The notes: a model not told the origin generated them from the letters alone. 31,009 bases of DNA from an uncultured Pedosphaera sp. (GCA_964485275.1 CAZAIZ010000001.1:1-31009); one strand, 5' to 3'; counted from the first letter of the stretch, positions 7,209-19,340 are shown. Numbers and translations are program-made.

Positions 7209-7757
7209 ATGCCCAACGAATGGTACACCATACAGACTTTGTCTGGTCAGGAAATGAAGGCAGAGAAAAGCCTGCGAAAGCGCATTATTGAAGAAGAGAT
7301 GGGCGAGTATATTGAGGAAATTTTATTACCCATGGAAAAAGTGGTGGAAGTGCGTGGAGGCAAGAAGACAGTGTCTCAACGCAAACTTTATCCGGGATAT
7401 CTCTTCATCAAGATGAAGGTGTATGATGATGAGCGCCGATTATTGCCCTTACCCTGGGATTTTATCCGCAACACGGTGGGGCTGATTGGTTTTCTTGGTG
7501 GAGAAAGGCCTGAGCCCACGCCGGAGGCGGAAGTGGAGGCGATCAAGTCGCAGATTTCTGAGGCTGAGGAAGGCGATAAACCCAAGGTGCTTTTTGATAT
7601 CGGTGAAATGGTGAAGATCAATGATGGCCCCTTCCAAAATTATGATGGCGCGGTGGAGGAAATCGATACCGAGGCTGGGAAGCTCAAGGTTACGATAGAT
7701 ATCTTTGGTCGCAGCACACCCGTCGAGTTGGAATATTGGCAGGTCGAAAAACAGTAA
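7209..7757 (+). CDS. nusG: Transcription termination/antitermination factor NusG
   Basis: WY....SG.E, LYPGYLFI, KOW GEMVKINDGPF, IFGRSTPVELEY.QVEK. Confidence 0.98.
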   Translation: MPNEWYTIQTLSGQEMKAEKSLRKRIIEEEMGEYIEEILLPMEKVVEVRGGKKTVSQRKLYPGYLFIKMKVYDDERRLLPLPWDFIRNTVGLIGFLGGERPEPTPEAEVEAIKSQISEAEEGDKPKVLFDIGEMVKINDGPFQNYDGAVEEIDTEAGKLKVTIDIFGRSTPVELEYWQVEKQ

Positions 7758-7780
7758 TCGCTTAAACAGAGACTTTAACA

Positions 7781-8206
7781 ATGGCGAAGAAAGAAATAGG
7801 ACAGATAAAGTTGCAGATTCCCGGTGGCGATGCCAAACCAGCCCCGCCCGTTGGCCCTGCCCTCGGTCAGCTTGGTGTGCCAATCATGCCTTTTTGTAAG
7901 GAATTTAACGCCAAGACCCAGAATATGGCGGGCACCCTCGTGCCAGTGGTGATCACGGTATATCAGGATAAATCCTTTGATTTCATCCTCAAGTCGCCGC
8001 CCGCTTCGGACCTGCTGAAAAAGGCTGCCGGTATCGCCGCTGGTTCCGGTGTGCCAAACAAGGAAAAGGTCGGTCAAGTCACCAAGGCACAGGTTCTCGA
8101 GATCGCCGAGCGTAAGAAGGCTGACCTGAACGCGAATGATGATGAAATGGCTGCACGAATCATCGCCGGAACCGCCCGCAGCATGGGAATTGACGTAGTC
8201 GAGTAA
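7781..8206 (+). CDS. rplK: 50S ribosomal protein L11
   Basis: [27 protein letters not shown]. Confidence 0.99.
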   Translation: MAKKEIGQIKLQIPGGDAKPAPPVGPALGQLGVPIMPFCKEFNAKTQNMAGTLVPVVITVYQDKSFDFILKSPPASDLLKKAAGIAAGSGVPNKEKVGQVTKAQVLEIAERKKADLNANDDEMAARIIAGTARSMGIDVVE

Positions 8207-8222
8207 CTTTTAAACCCTAACC

Positions 8223-8252
8223 GCGGGAGGGCGTCATGCCCGTTTGAACCGC
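8223..8252 (+). promoter_or_regulatory. Putative L1-binding autoregulatory RNA between rplK and rplA
   Basis: GCGG-GA-GGGC-GUCAU-GCCC-GUUUGAA-CCGC: two stems around an asymmetric loop, resembling known L1 leaders as recalled (GGGAG...CGnUnnAACC). Confidence 0.65.
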
Positions 8253-8261
8253 AAAGACAAA

Positions 8262-8963
8262 ATGCCTAGCAAACGATATAAGCAAGCCTTCGAGGCCAGG
8301 AACGGTGGGGAAACCGTTTCCCTGATGGACGCAATTGCCACTCTGGGAAAATTTCCTCGCGCCAAGTTCGACGAATCGGTCGACTTGGCCATGCGTCTTG
8401 GCGTGGACCCCAAACATTCAGACCAAATGGTGCGAGGCACCGTTGCTTTGCCCAATGGCAGCGGTAAGACAGTGTGTGTAGTGGCCTTTGCAGCGGAAGG
8501 TCCGACGGCTGAGGCCGCCAAGGAGGCTGGTGCTGACCACGTGGGACTGAAGGAGCTCATTGAAAAGGTCGAGGGTGGTTGGACCGATTTTGACGTGGCC
8601 GTGGCTACTCCCGAGGCGATGAAGTCCGGTGTGGCCAAGTTGGGTCGCCAACTCGGTCCACGTGGGCTTATGCCGACGCCAAAGGCGGGCACCGTTTCCG
8701 ATGATTTGGGAAAGGTTATCGGTGAGGTGAAAGCAGGCCGCGTGGAGTTCAAGGTGGATAAAAGCGCGAATCTCCAGCTGCCAATCGGGAAGACTAGTTT
8801 CGATTCCGAGAAACTATTAGAGAACGCTAAGGCCGCAATTATTGCCGTGCTAAAGGCAAAACCGGACTCGGCCAAGGGGACTTATCTCAGATCTGCTTCA
8901 GTATCTGCCACCATGAGCCCGAGTGTAAAGCTCGACGTAAAGGAGATATCAAAGCTTGGATAA
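8262..8963 (+). CDS. rplA: 50S ribosomal protein L1
   Basis: KFDESVD, LGVDPKHSDQMVRG, LGPRGLMP.PKAGTV; ATG 8262 preferred over track TTG. Confidence 0.99.
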   Translation: MPSKRYKQAFEARNGGETVSLMDAIATLGKFPRAKFDESVDLAMRLGVDPKHSDQMVRGTVALPNGSGKTVCVVAFAAEGPTAEAAKEAGADHVGLKELIEKVEGGWTDFDVAVATPEAMKSGVAKLGRQLGPRGLMPTPKAGTVSDDLGKVIGEVKAGRVEFKVDKSANLQLPIGKTSFDSEKLLENAKAAIIAVLKAKPDSAKGTYLRSASVSATMSPSVKLDVKEISKLG

Positions 8964-8981
8964 AGCTCAGGAGACCTAATC

Positions 8982-9494
8982 ATGCGACCCGAAAAGCAAT
9001 TTTTGACAGAGGAATATGTGGAGTGGTTGAACCAATCCCCGTTTTTCATTGTAACCGAATACACCGGACTGAACGTGGCAGAGTTTGAGTCGTTGAGGTC
9101 GAAACTTCGCGAGAGTAATACCCAAATTCACGTTGTAAAGAATTCGGTGTTTCGTGCTGCGGCAACACAGGCGGGCATCGGTAATCTGAACGGGGCTTTG
9201 GCCGGGCAGGTTGCAGTAATAACCGGAGATCAGGAAATTTCGGCGGCAGCCAAGGTCGTAAAGGAATTTTCCCGGAAATCCGGCAAGCCTAAAATTCAGT
9301 TTGGCTATGTCGGTGAAGACCGACTCGAGGGAGAGGTCGTGCTTCGTATAGCCGACCTGCCCAGCATCGAGGTGCTGCGTGCACAACTGCTTGGAGTAAT
9401 TCAGGCACCGGCTACTCAGTTGGCCCGTGTGATCAATACGCCAGCTAGCATGGTGGCTCGAGCAATCCAGGCCCATGTGGATAAAGGTGATTGA
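8982..9494 (+). CDS. rplJ: 50S ribosomal protein L10
   Basis: YTGLNV, LR..LR, VVKNS, ADLPSIEVLRAQLLG. Confidence 0.97.
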   Translation: MRPEKQFLTEEYVEWLNQSPFFIVTEYTGLNVAEFESLRSKLRESNTQIHVVKNSVFRAAATQAGIGNLNGALAGQVAVITGDQEISAAAKVVKEFSRKSGKPKIQFGYVGEDRLEGEVVLRIADLPSIEVLRAQLLGVIQAPATQLARVINTPASMVARAIQAHVDKGD

Positions 9495-9631
9495 ATTAAA
9501 TGAATTTCAGCCTGACCGGGTGGTTGGGTTGAGTGAAAAATGATAATGTAAATCGTCGGAGCGCAGGCGGCGCACTGAAATTTTTCCAGCCGGGAAAGCG
9601 ACGAGACGACAAACAACAAAAGGAAAAGATA

Positions 9632-10015
9632 ATGGCAGATCTAGACAAGATCGTTGAGGACCTGAGCAGCCTAACCGTCATCGAGGCGGCTGAACTGGTA
9701 AAACAACTTGAGGAAAAATGGGATGTTAGCGCTGCAGCGCCAGCCGCGGCGGTGGCTGTGGCGGCACCTGCGGCAGGTGACGCGGGAGCAGCGGAGGAAA
9801 AGGATTCCTTTGATGTTGTTCTCGTGGGTGATGGAGGCAACAAGGTGGCTGCTATTAAGGCAGTACGTGCCATCAACAGCGAAATGGGTCTCAAGGACGC
9901 CAAAGAATTCGTTGAGGCTGCTCCAAAGGCTCTTCTCGAAGGCGTGAGTAAGGATGAGGCCGAAGAGGCCAAGAAGAAACTTGAGGAAGCCGGCGCAAAG
10001 GTTGAACTCAAGTAA
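9632..10015 (+). CDS. rplL: 50S ribosomal protein L7/L12
   Basis: [17 protein letters not shown], Ala hinge, [21 protein letters not shown]; ATG 9632 follows AAGGAAA. Confidence 0.98.
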   Translation: MADLDKIVEDLSSLTVIEAAELVKQLEEKWDVSAAAPAAAVAVAAPAAGDAGAAEEKDSFDVVLVGDGGNKVAAIKAVRAINSEMGLKDAKEFVEAAPKALLEGVSKDEAEEAKKKLEEAGAKVELK

Positions 10016-10027
10016 TCGGTTGTTTCA

Positions 10028-10072
10028 CCGGGTGCCAGTGGTGGCTACAGCTCCACTGGTAGTCCCGGCTTT
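10028..10072 (+). terminator. Strong hairpin after rplL (possible attenuator)
   Basis: CCGGG-TGCCAGTGG / CCACTGGTA-GT-CCCGG followed by only CTTT. Confidence 0.4.
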
Positions 10073-10203
10073 AGGACGAGGCAAAGCACACGCGGTTATT
10101 AAGGACCGTTTTGGGTGCAGGGTAGTAATAATGATTCCGGGTGGTTAACCCGGGACACGGGGAAACCCAGCCGGGTGGTCCGGCACACAACAAATTAGGC
10201 GAT

Positions 10204-13200
10204 ATGGCAGCGAATACTAGGGATCGGATTAATTTCAGTAAGATCAGAGAGGTCATCGACTTCCCAAACCTGATCGACATACAACAAAAATCGTACGTCG
10301 AATTCCTCCAGCTAGGGACAGACAAATCCAAACGCATTGAGGACGGCTTGCAGGCGGTCTTCAAGGAGGTGTTTCCGATCGAGAGTTACGACGGAAATAT
10401 TACTCTCGACTTCTATAGTTATGAAATTCGTCCTCCCAAGCAGACTTGGCTTGAGGCTCTGGACGAAGGTAGTACCTATGGTGCGGCCCTCTACGTGACT
10501 TTCCACCTGAAGCAAGGCAAGCAGGTCAAGGAAGAGGAAGTATTCATGGGGGAGATACCGCTTATGACCCCATCGGGTAGCTTTGTGATTAATGGAGCTG
10601 AGCGCGTGATTGTGAGCCAATTGCACCGTTCGCCCGGTTTGGCTTTTGAAGCCAGTACTCACGCTAATGGAAAAACGCTGCACTCATTCCGGATTATTCC
10701 CGATCGTGGTTCCTGGTTCGAGACGCAGTTTGACACGAATGATCTTCTTTACGTCTATTTGGATCGTAAGAAGCGCAGGAGAAAGTTCCTGATCACGACC
10801 TTCTTCCGTGCTTTGGGATTCCTAAAGGATGACGGTTCCAAGGGGACCGATCAGGAAATTCTCGAGATGTTTTATAACATACAGGAGATGACACTGAAGA
10901 AGGCGGAGAAACATGAAAATCTTGCCAACCTTGTTCTCGTTAATGATGTTGAGGATGAGGAGAAGGATGTGATTGTTGCCCGTGCCTTCGAGCCGTTGTC
11001 CCGCGCAATTTTGAAACAGATTGCCACCACAGGATCAACCAAGGTGAAGGTTGTGGATATTTCAGGTGATGAAGGTCTCATTATCAAGTGTATGAAAAAG
11101 GATCCGACTCACAATGAGGAGGAGGCACTTAAGGAAATTTACGGGCGTTTGCGTCCCGGGGATCCGCCGACTGTGGCAAATTCTCGCGCACTCTTGAAGC
11201 GCTTGTTTTTTGATCCGAAACGGTATGACTTGGGCCGGGTGGGTCGATACAAGATTTGTCAGAAGCTTGATTTCACCGACCCGGAGGAATCCCGCACGTT
11301 GACCAAGAATGATCTGGCAGAAGCCACGCGTTATCTACTTAAGCTCAAGATGGGTGAAGGGGTGTTGGATGATATTGATCACTTGGGCTCTCGTCGTGTG
11401 CGTACGGTGGGTGAATTGGTCGCCAATCAGTGTCGGGTGGGGCTTGCCCGCACCGAGCGTCTAGTGAAGGAGCGTATGACCCTGTTTGATCAGGAAACCG
11501 ACACCATGACGCCAACCAAGTTGGTCAATCCCAAGGCACTTAGCGCAGTAATCCGTGATTTCTTTGGTCGCAGCCAACTCAGTCAGTTCATGGATCAGAT
11601 CAATCCTCTGGCTGAAACCACGCACAAGCGGCGTTTATCTGCCCTCGGTCCGGGTGGTTTATCGCGTGATCGTGCTGGTTTTGAGGTTCGTGACGTGCAT
11701 CCCTCGCACTATGGTCGGATTTGCCCGATTGAAACGCCTGAAGGACCGAATATTGGTTTGATTGCTTCCTTGGCAACCTTTGCCCGGGTAAACGACTTTG
11801 GCTTTATTGAAACCCCATACCGTAAGGTGGTTAAAGGTAAAGTATCTGAAAAGATTGATTATCTGACGGCAGACGCTGAAGAGAAATACGTTGTGGCTCA
11901 AGCCAATGCTCTCATCAATGACAAAGGGGTTTTCCAGACCGAACGAGTGACCTGTCGTCGTAAAGGGGACTTTATTGATGTGCCTCCAGTAGAGGTTGAT
12001 TATATGGATGTAAGCCCGAAACAGCTCGTGTCGGTGGCTGCGGCGATGATTCCGTTTCTCGAGCATGATGATGCGAACCGGGCATTGATGGGTTCGAACA
12101 TGCAACGACAAGCCGTACCTTTGCTCGTTTCAGAAGCACCGTATGTTGCCACGGGTATGGAAGGGCGGATCGCACAGGATTCTTGTGCGGTGGTGAAAAA
12201 TGAAGTGGCCGGCAAAGTGGCCTCCGTTAGTGGAGATCGCATCGTGGTTACCAAAGATGGTGAGATGCCCGAGGGTAAGCGAAAATTCAGGCATGATCCT
12301 GAATCAGGGATGTGGGTATACCAAATGCGTAAATTCCAGCGCTCCAATGCTTCGACATGCATCAATCAGAAGCCACTGGTGAGTCGGGGGGATTTACTCA
12401 AAGCCGGCGAAGTAGTTGCCGATGGCCCCTCCACCGACAAGGGGGAACTTGCTTTGGGCAAAAACGTGCTTGTCGCGTTCATGCCGTGGAACGGATACAA
12501 CTTTGAGGATGCAATTATTATTTCGCGGAGGATTGTCAAAGATGACGTTTTCACTTCGGTGCACATTTCTGAATATGAGGTTGCTGCACGCGACACCAAG
12601 CTGGGGCCTGAGGAAATTACTCGTGATATTCCCAATGTCGGTGAAGAAGCCTTAGCCGATCTGGGTCCTGATGGTGTGGTCCGTGTGGGGGCAGAGGTAG
12701 AACCTGGCGACATCCTCGTAGGCAAAATTACTCCCAAGAGCGAGACGGAACTCGCCCCTGAAGAACGTCTATTGCGAGCCATTTTTGGTGAGAAGGCAGC
12801 CGATGTTAAGGATACATCCCTGCGCGTTCCCAGCGGTAGCACAGGGATCGTGATGGACGTCAAGATATCGGCCAAGGAAGAGAGAGTTATAAAGAACAGT
12901 GCCTCTTCTGCTTCCAAGAAGGGCGAAAAACAGGTCCAGGACGAGCACAAGAAAAAGAATGCTGATCTGCAGGAGCAACTCACGGAGGCTTTATCAAACA
13001 TTCTCTTGGGTGAAAAGATACCTCTGGATGTGGTGAACAGTGAAACAGGGGAAATTATCATCCCTTCGAACCGCAAGATCACCAAGACGCTGCTTCGAAA
13101 GTTGGCAGCCAGCTATGACAAGATCGAGATCGATCCTTCGCCGATTCGGAATAAGATCAATGAAATCTTGGATGCTTTCCGTAAACGTTTTGACGATTTA

Positions 13201-14079
13201 CAAATGGCTCATGACGATGAGTTGCAACGCGTGGAAGCGGGTGATGAGGGCGAGCCAGGCGTGGTCAAGAACGTGAAAATATATATCGCCTCCAAGCGAA
13301 AGCTGTCGGTGGGGGACAAGATGGCTGGACGCCACGGGAACAAGGGTGTGGTAGCTCGAATTGTGCCTGAGGAAGACATGCCTTATCTGAAAGATGGGAC
13401 TCCGGTGGATATTTGCCTGAACCCTCTGGGTGTTCCCAGTCGTATGAATGTGGGTCAGTTACTCGAAACACACTTGGGTTGGGCGGCCAGAATGTTGGGT
13501 CTTCATTATGCCACCCCGATTTTTGACGGTATTAGTGAAAAACAGGTCCGCGAATACTTGCAGCAGGCAGTTGACAAGAATGTAGCTGAGGTTGGAGACC
13601 AATTGGTTGGTGAAAATGGAAAGGCTTATCTATATGACGGTCAAACTGGCGAACGGTTTGATCAGGAAATTGTAGTGGGTTACATCTACATGCTGAAGCT
13701 GGGGCATTTGGTTGCTGATAAGATTCACGCTCGAGCGGTGGGTCCCTATAGCCTTGTTACCCAGCAACCTCTGGGAGGAAAGGCTCAGTACGGGGGGCAG
13801 CGCTTCGGTGAAATGGAAGTGTGGGCCATGGAGGCTTATGGTGCGGCCTATACATTGCAGGAACTGTTAACAGTGAAATCAGATGATGTGCAGGGTCGCA
13901 CTCGTATTTATGAAAACATTGTTAAAGGGGACAATACGTTGGATGCCGGGATTCCGGAGTCATTCAATGTTCTGGTAAAGGAAATGGAATCACTCGGGCT
14001 AGAGGTAAAGGTGGGGTACACCAATCCCTCCGACAATTCTACTGAAGCTGATGAGACCCTTGCCGCCCTGGCCAGTTAA
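10204..14079 (+). CDS. rpoB: RNA polymerase beta subunit
   Basis: [57 protein letters not shown]; ATG 10204 preferred. Confidence 0.99.
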   Translation: MAANTRDRINFSKIREVIDFPNLIDIQQKSYVEFLQLGTDKSKRIEDGLQAVFKEVFPIESYDGNITLDFYSYEIRPPKQTWLEALDEGSTYGAALYVTFHLKQGKQVKEEEVFMGEIPLMTPSGSFVINGAERVIVSQLHRSPGLAFEASTHANGKTLHSFRIIPDRGSWFETQFDTNDLLYVYLDRKKRRRKFLITTFFRALGFLKDDGSKGTDQEILEMFYNIQEMTLKKAEKHENLANLVLVNDVEDEEKDVIVARAFEPLSRAILKQIATTGSTKVKVVDISGDEGLIIKCMKKDPTHNEEEALKEIYGRLRPGDPPTVANSRALLKRLFFDPKRYDLGRVGRYKICQKLDFTDPEESRTLTKNDLAEATRYLLKLKMGEGVLDDIDHLGSRRVRTVGELVANQCRVGLARTERLVKERMTLFDQETDTMTPTKLVNPKALSAVIRDFFGRSQLSQFMDQINPLAETTHKRRLSALGPGGLSRDRAGFEVRDVHPSHYGRICPIETPEGPNIGLIASLATFARVNDFGFIETPYRKVVKGKVSEKIDYLTADAEEKYVVAQANALINDKGVFQTERVTCRRKGDFIDVPPVEVDYMDVSPKQLVSVAAAMIPFLEHDDANRALMGSNMQRQAVPLLVSEAPYVATGMEGRIAQDSCAVVKNEVAGKVASVSGDRIVVTKDGEMPEGKRKFRHDPESGMWVYQMRKFQRSNASTCINQKPLVSRGDLLKAGEVVADGPSTDKGELALGKNVLVAFMPWNGYNFEDAIIISRRIVKDDVFTSVHISEYEVAARDTKLGPEEITRDIPNVGEEALADLGPDGVVRVGAEVEPGDILVGKITPKSETELAPEERLLRAIFGEKAADVKDTSLRVPSGSTGIVMDVKISAKEERVIKNSASSASKKGEKQVQDEHKKKNADLQEQLTEALSNILLGEKIPLDVVNSETGEIIIPSNRKITKTLLRKLAASYDKIEIDPSPIRNKINEILDAFRKRFDDLQMAHDDELQRVEAGDEGEPGVVKNVKIYIASKRKLSVGDKMAGRHGNKGVVARIVPEEDMPYLKDGTPVDICLNPLGVPSRMNVGQLLETHLGWAARMLGLHYATPIFDGISEKQVREYLQQAVDKNVAEVGDQLVGENGKAYLYDGQTGERFDQEIVVGYIYMLKLGHLVADKIHARAVGPYSLVTQQPLGGKAQYGGQRFGEMEVWAMEAYGAAYTLQELLTVKSDDVQGRTRIYENIVKGDNTLDAGIPESFNVLVKEMESLGLEVKVGYTNPSDNSTEADETLAALAS

Positions 14080-14108
14080 CCCACGATAATCAAAAGGAAT
14101 TTAATAGA

Positions 14109-17100
14109 ATGAATAGCACAGATTCAGCCCGCGAGTTACTAGGGTTAGAGCGCGTCAACCTTGTGGATTATGTCCAGGTTTCGGTTGCCTCCCCTGATAC
14201 CGTTCGCCAATGGTCCAAGGGTGAGGTTAAAAACCCTGAGACAATCAATTACCGTACATTCAAGCCTGAGAAAGGCGGGCTTTTTTGTGAACGTATTTTC
14301 GGTCCGGTAAAGGATTGGGAGTGTTCTTGCGGCAAATACAAGCGGATTAAATATAAGGGAGTGGTTTGTGACCGGTGTGGTGTTGAGGTGACATTGGCCC
14401 GGGTGCGACGCGAGCGGATGGGTCACATTGAATTGGCCGTGCCTTGTAGTCACATTTGGTTCTTTAAGTGTATGCCCTCACGTTTGGGATTGATGCTGGA
14501 TATGACCGGGCGTCATCTTGAGAGGGTTATATACTACGAGGATCATCTGGTGATTGACCCGGGTGACACGCCGCTGGAAAGAAATCAATTACTCACTGAA
14601 GCGGAGTTACGCGAAGCCATAGAGACCTATGGTCCTAATGACACCAAGGAGGAAGGTGGTGCATTTGTTGCTAAAATTGGCGCTGAGGCGGTCCATGAGG
14701 CCTTGTCTAATATAGATCTGGATCAAGGTATTGACGAGCTGCATGAGGCGATGACCAAAACTCGCAGCAAGCAAATTCGCAAGAAGCTCGCCAAGCGCAT
14801 CAAGCTTTTTCAGGGTTTTAAGGAATCGGAGAAGCGTCCTGAGTGGATGATTCTCAGTGTTTTGCCGGTGATCCCGCCGGACTTGCGCCCTCTTGTGCCT
14901 TTGGAAGGCGGGCGTTTTGCGACCTCGGACTTGAATGATCTCTATCGTCGGGTAATTAACCGTAACAACCGGTTGAAGAACCTCATGCAGCTGAAGACTC
15001 CTGAGGTGATTATTCGGAATGAGAAAAGAATGCTGCAGGAGGCGGTGGATGCGTTGTTTGACAACGGGCGCCATGGTCGTGCGGTCACCGGTGCGGGTAA
15101 TCGCGCGCTTAAGTCGCTTTCGGACATGCTCAAGGGTAAGGGCGGACGTTTTCGCCAGAATCTCTTGGGTAAACGTGTTGATTATTCGGGTCGATCGGTG
15201 ATCGTTATCGGTCCAGAGTTGAAGCTGAATCAGTGTGGTCTGCCCAAAAAGATGGCGCTGGTACTCTTCGAACCATTTATTATTCGCCGACTTAAGGAGT
15301 TGGGCTATGTACATACTGTACGGTCGGCCAAGAAGCTGATTGAACGCCAAACACCGGAGGTATGGGATGTATTGGAAGAGGTAACCAAGGGGCATCCGGT
15401 TATGCTTAACCGGGCTCCAACGCTGCACCGACTGTCTGTCCAGGCTTTTGAGCCGGTCCTCATCGAGGGTTCTGCCATTCGGGTGCACCCTTTGGTGTGC
15501 ACCGCCTATAACGCTGACTTTGATGGCGATCAAATGGCGGTTCATGTACCACTATCAGTGGAGGCGCAAATGGAAGCGCGCCTTTTGATGTTGGCGCCTA
15601 ATAACATCTTCAGCCCTTCAAGTGGTAAGCCCATCATGACACCGACTCAGGATATTACTCTGGGATGTTATTATCTCACGGTGGAACCACGTGATTTGCC
15701 TGGCAAAAAGGGCAAAAAGAAAGATCGAATTCCCATGTTTGCATCGGCAGATGAGGTTTTCTTTGCGTTAGAAGAAGGAGATATAGATCATCATTCGCGC
15801 ATCCATTTGGCGAATCCGGATCGTGGTTGCGAAACATTTTATGGTGATGCCGAGTTAGCGGTGATCACTACAACCGCGGGTCGCGTGGTCTTCAGCGAAA
15901 TTTGGCCTGAGGAACTGGGCTTCCCAAATTTTGCAGTGGCAAAAGGCAAGCTGGGTGAACTCATCGGAAACTCGTATAAATTTGCCGGCCAGAAGAAAAC
16001 GGTTGTGGCATTGGATAAGCTCAAGGAATTGGGCTTTAAGGAGGCCACTATGGCAGGTGTCTCAATTGGGATTGATGACATGATCATTCCGGCTGAAAAG
16101 AATCAGGAAATCAAATCAGCCCAAAAGGAAATAGAGGACGTTGAAAAGCAATACCGTAAGGGCGTGATTACACCTGGTGAACGCTATAACAAGATCATTG
16201 ATATATGGACCCACGCCACAGACAAGATTTCCAACGTGATGCTGGAGACGTTGGAGACCAACCAGGGTAAAGATGAATATAACCCAGTTGCTCTCATGGT
16301 GGATTCGGGTGCAAGGGGTAATCGACAGCAGGTGAGGCAGTTGGCTGGTGTCCGAGGATTGATGGCCAAGCCGAGTGGAGACATTATTGAGAAGCCCATT
16401 CTCTCCAATTTCCGCGAAGGGCTCACGGTGTTGGAATACTTTATTTCCACTCATGGAGCTCGCAAAGGGTTGGCGGATACTGCGCTGAAAACAGCTGACT
16501 CTGGTTATATGACCCGCAAGCTTGTCGATGTAGCACAGGACGTGATCATTCAAGAGACGGATTGCCAAACTACAAATGGGGTTTGGCTTGAGGCCATTTA
16601 TGAAGGAGAAGAAGAGGTGGTTCATTTGGCAGATCGCTTGGTTGGGCGTCACTCCTGTGAGGATGTGGTTAACCCCTTTAATCCCGATGAATTTTTTGTG
16701 CGTTCAGGCGAAGAAATTGATGAGCATAAGGCTGAAGCGATTGAGGATGCGAATATTGAAAAAGTAAAAGTTCGCTCTGTGCTCACCTGTGAAGTGCGTC
16801 ATGGTGTATGTGCTCATTGTTACGGTCGAAATCTTGCGACCGGTTTGACTGCAGAGCATGGGCAGGCTGTCGGTATTATTGCTGCACAATCGATCGGGGA
16901 ACCGGGCACGCAATTAACGATGCGTACTTTTCATATCGGAGGGACAGCTTCCTCAGTCTTTAAACAGCCTGAGATTAAAGCCAAGGAGAGTGGTATTGTG
17001 GTCTACCAAGGTCTACGGATTGTGGATCTGGAGGATGGTAGTCATATTGTGCTCAACAAAAATGGTCGTGTTAGTGTGCGTGACGCAGAAAAGAATACTG

Positions 17101-18296
17101 AGATTGATGATTATGATGTGCCGATTGGTGCCGTAATCTCAGTTGCCGACGGTGAGAAGGTGAAAAAAGGTCAGACCTTCGTTCAATGGGATCCTTACAA
17201 TGTCCCTATTTTGTCCGAGAAAGGTGGGGTGATTGTGTTCCATGATATCATTGAAGGAGTGACCATGGATCATGACGTGGATCCAGCTACCGGTCAGGAA
17301 TCGATGGTGATTATTGAACACAAGGAGGACTTGCATCCACAAGTAATAGTGGAGGAGAACGGCCATGCCGTGGCAAACTATCCAATTCCCGCTGGAGCCC
17401 ATGTGACACGTGAAGAAGGTGACGTGATTGCTCCTGGAACGCTTTTGGCGAAGACCCCACGTAAGACTTCTAAGACCAAGGATATCACTGGAGGTTTGCC
17501 GCGAGTATCAGAGCTCTTTGAGGCGCGCCAGCCCAAGGATGCGGCGGAGATCGCCAAGATTGACGGCATGGTTGACTTTGGGCCGATTGTACGCGGAAAA
17601 CGTTCACTGATCCTTACCAATCAGGAAACTGGAGAGGAAGAAGAGCATCTTGTGGCCATTGGTAAACACTGCATCGTGTTTAAGGGTGATGTTGTCAAAA
17701 AAGGTCAACAATTGACTGAAGGACCGATTCTGCCTCATGACATACTGGACATTTTGGGTGTACATGAGTTGCAGGCGTTTCTGGTTAGTGAGGTGCAGGA
17801 AGTGTATAGGCTGCAGGGTGTGACGATTAACGACAAGCACATCGAAATGATCGTGCGCCAAATGCTTCGCAAAGTTCGGATTACTGAGGCAGGGGACACG
17901 ACGTTCCTCTGGGGCGAGCAGATTGACAAGGTTACTTTTGAGATAGAGAACGAGCGAGTGGAGGAAATGGGAGGGCAGCCAGCTGAGGCTTCACCAGTGC
18001 TACTGGGAATCACCAAGGCGTCTGTGGAAACAGAGAGCTTTCTCTCGGCAGCCTCATTTCAGGATACCACACGGGTTCTTACCGAAGCGGCGACGCTTGG
18101 CAAAAAGGACATCCTGCACGGCTTTAAAGAGAATGTGATTATGGGTCACATTATTCCTGCTGGCACCGGTTTTGATGGTCACCGCAAGTTGAATTTGAAT
18201 CCGCTGTCAGATCCAATTGAGATGGAGGAAGAAGACAACTTGCTCCTAGCTCCGTCGGAACCAGCCATTGATGAGCCAAATCCGCTGGTAGGGTAG
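14109..18296 (+). CDS. rpoC: RNA polymerase beta' subunit
   Basis: N-terminal Zn finger, catalytic [27 protein letters not shown]. Confidence 0.99.
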   Translation: MNSTDSARELLGLERVNLVDYVQVSVASPDTVRQWSKGEVKNPETINYRTFKPEKGGLFCERIFGPVKDWECSCGKYKRIKYKGVVCDRCGVEVTLARVRRERMGHIELAVPCSHIWFFKCMPSRLGLMLDMTGRHLERVIYYEDHLVIDPGDTPLERNQLLTEAELREAIETYGPNDTKEEGGAFVAKIGAEAVHEALSNIDLDQGIDELHEAMTKTRSKQIRKKLAKRIKLFQGFKESEKRPEWMILSVLPVIPPDLRPLVPLEGGRFATSDLNDLYRRVINRNNRLKNLMQLKTPEVIIRNEKRMLQEAVDALFDNGRHGRAVTGAGNRALKSLSDMLKGKGGRFRQNLLGKRVDYSGRSVIVIGPELKLNQCGLPKKMALVLFEPFIIRRLKELGYVHTVRSAKKLIERQTPEVWDVLEEVTKGHPVMLNRAPTLHRLSVQAFEPVLIEGSAIRVHPLVCTAYNADFDGDQMAVHVPLSVEAQMEARLLMLAPNNIFSPSSGKPIMTPTQDITLGCYYLTVEPRDLPGKKGKKKDRIPMFASADEVFFALEEGDIDHHSRIHLANPDRGCETFYGDAELAVITTTAGRVVFSEIWPEELGFPNFAVAKGKLGELIGNSYKFAGQKKTVVALDKLKELGFKEATMAGVSIGIDDMIIPAEKNQEIKSAQKEIEDVEKQYRKGVITPGERYNKIIDIWTHATDKISNVMLETLETNQGKDEYNPVALMVDSGARGNRQQVRQLAGVRGLMAKPSGDIIEKPILSNFREGLTVLEYFISTHGARKGLADTALKTADSGYMTRKLVDVAQDVIIQETDCQTTNGVWLEAIYEGEEEVVHLADRLVGRHSCEDVVNPFNPDEFFVRSGEEIDEHKAEAIEDANIEKVKVRSVLTCEVRHGVCAHCYGRNLATGLTAEHGQAVGIIAAQSIGEPGTQLTMRTFHIGGTASSVFKQPEIKAKESGIVVYQGLRIVDLEDGSHIVLNKNGRVSVRDAEKNTEIDDYDVPIGAVISVADGEKVKKGQTFVQWDPYNVPILSEKGGVIVFHDIIEGVTMDHDVDPATGQESMVIIEHKEDLHPQVIVEENGHAVANYPIPAGAHVTREEGDVIAPGTLLAKTPRKTSKTKDITGGLPRVSELFEARQPKDAAEIAKIDGMVDFGPIVRGKRSLILTNQETGEEEEHLVAIGKHCIVFKGDVVKKGQQLTEGPILPHDILDILGVHELQAFLVSEVQEVYRLQGVTINDKHIEMIVRQMLRKVRITEAGDTTFLWGEQIDKVTFEIENERVEEMGGQPAEASPVLLGITKASVETESFLSAASFQDTTRVLTEAATLGKKDILHGFKENVIMGHIIPAGTGFDGHRKLNLNPLSDPIEMEEEDNLLLAPSEPAIDEPNPLVG

Positions 18297-18360
18297 ATTC
18301 TTTACCTAGCTATCAATTTGTGCAATGAGGAATATTTTTGCTAAAAAGTAAGAAATCTTG

Positions 18361-18399
18361 TTGCACTGGGGATAACCTTTGGTAATATCCCGCCCCCGT
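18361..18399 (+). promoter_or_regulatory. Putative str operon promoter (extended -10, GC-rich discriminator)
   Basis: TTGCAC-N16-TAATAT with TGn just before the -10, followed by CCCGCCCCCGT. Confidence 0.65.
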
Positions 18400-18410
18400 T
18401 TGCTAAAATA

Positions 18411-18431
18411 GCGTCCCAGACGCGCTTTTTT
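18411..18431 (+). terminator. Small hairpin plus U-tract in the rpsL leader
   Basis: GCGTC-CCA-GACGC then GC-TTTTTT. Confidence 0.35.
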
Positions 18432-18450
18432 GCAAGGTATTTATAACAAA

Positions 18451-18822
18451 ATGCCAACCATTAACCAGTTGATCCGCAAAGGGCGGAAAAAGATAAAGGA
18501 GAAAACAACTTCTCCCGCCCTTAAGTCGTGCCCATTCAGACAAGGGGTTTGTCTGATGGTATATACCCGCACGCCCAAGAAACCCAACTCGGCGATGCGT
18601 AAGGTGGCAAAAGTCCGCCTAACTACTGGTCATGAAGTGATCGCTTATATTCCCGATGAGGGACACAATTTGCAGGAACATAGTATTGTTTTGGTACGGG
18701 GGGGGCGAGTGAAGGATTTGCCAGGTGTTCGTTATCACGTGGTACGTGGGCAGCGAGATGCCCAAGGTGTGGAAAAAAGGCGGGTGAGCCGTTCCAAATA
18801 TGGTGTCAAGCGTCCTAAATAA
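18451..18822 (+). CDS. rpsL: 30S ribosomal protein S12
   Basis: [33 protein letters not shown]. Confidence 0.99.
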   Translation: MPTINQLIRKGRKKIKEKTTSPALKSCPFRQGVCLMVYTRTPKKPNSAMRKVAKVRLTTGHEVIAYIPDEGHNLQEHSIVLVRGGRVKDLPGVRYHVVRGQRDAQGVEKRRVSRSKYGVKRPK

Positions 18823-18846
18823 AGTATTAATTCAAGATTTTAGACA

Positions 18847-19320
18847 ATGTCACGAAGACGTAGAGCAGTTAAGCGCGAGATTTATCCGGATGTACAGTTT
18901 GGCAGCCGGCTGGTTGGCCGTTTGGTGAATACGGTGATGAAGCGTGGTAAGCGCAGTGTGGCGCAGCGTATTGTCTACGGTGCTTTTGATCAGATCGTTG
19001 ATAAACACGAAGGGACAACCGCTCTTGAAGTTTTGGAGCGTGCAGTGGATAACGCCAAGCCACGACTGGAAGTCAAAAGCCGCCGTGTAGGTGGGGCAAC
19101 CTATCAAGTGCCCATGGAGGTAAGTGGAGATCGGTCTGAGGCTTTGGCATTACGATGGATTGTTTCCGTTGCAAAGAGTCGCAAGGGTTCCCCGATGAGT
19201 AACGCCTTGGCCAAGGAAATTATGGAAGCCTATGAAGGGGAAGGGAGCACGATACGGCGCCGGGATGAAGTTCACCGGATGGCACAGGCTAACAAGGCCT
19301 TTGCACATTTCCGGTGGTAA
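18847..19320 (+). CDS. rpsG: 30S ribosomal protein S7
   Basis: SRRVGGATYQVP, MAQANKAFAHFRW. Confidence 0.99.
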   Translation: MSRRRRAVKREIYPDVQFGSRLVGRLVNTVMKRGKRSVAQRIVYGAFDQIVDKHEGTTALEVLERAVDNAKPRLEVKSRRVGGATYQVPMEVSGDRSEALALRWIVSVAKSRKGSPMSNALAKEIMEAYEGEGSTIRRRDEVHRMAQANKAFAHFRW

Positions 19321-19340
19321 GAAAATTTGTACGGAAATTC

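Noticed and set aside
9533-10203. Apparent N-terminal extensions on L12 (from 9533) and RpoB (from 10141)
   Set aside because: Downstream ATGs (9632, 10204) match the conserved N-termini. The same applies to rplA, rpsL and rplC track starts.
11560-11660. Possible rifampicin-resistance substitutions in RpoB
   Set aside because: Residues equivalent to Q513, D516, H526, S531 and L533 are wild type; Ala at 522 is a common natural variant.
12860-13270. Large insert in the RpoB flap region, and the trigger-loop insert in RpoC (~16950-17480)
   Set aside because: Positions match the known lineage-specific insertions beta-i9 and beta'-i6; no intein or endonuclease motifs seen.
14607-15545. 312-aa antisense ORF inside rpoC (and 239-aa ORF 12366..13085 inside rpoB)
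   Set aside because: Long antisense frames are a common by-product of codon bias in rpo genes; no domain signature or RBS evident.
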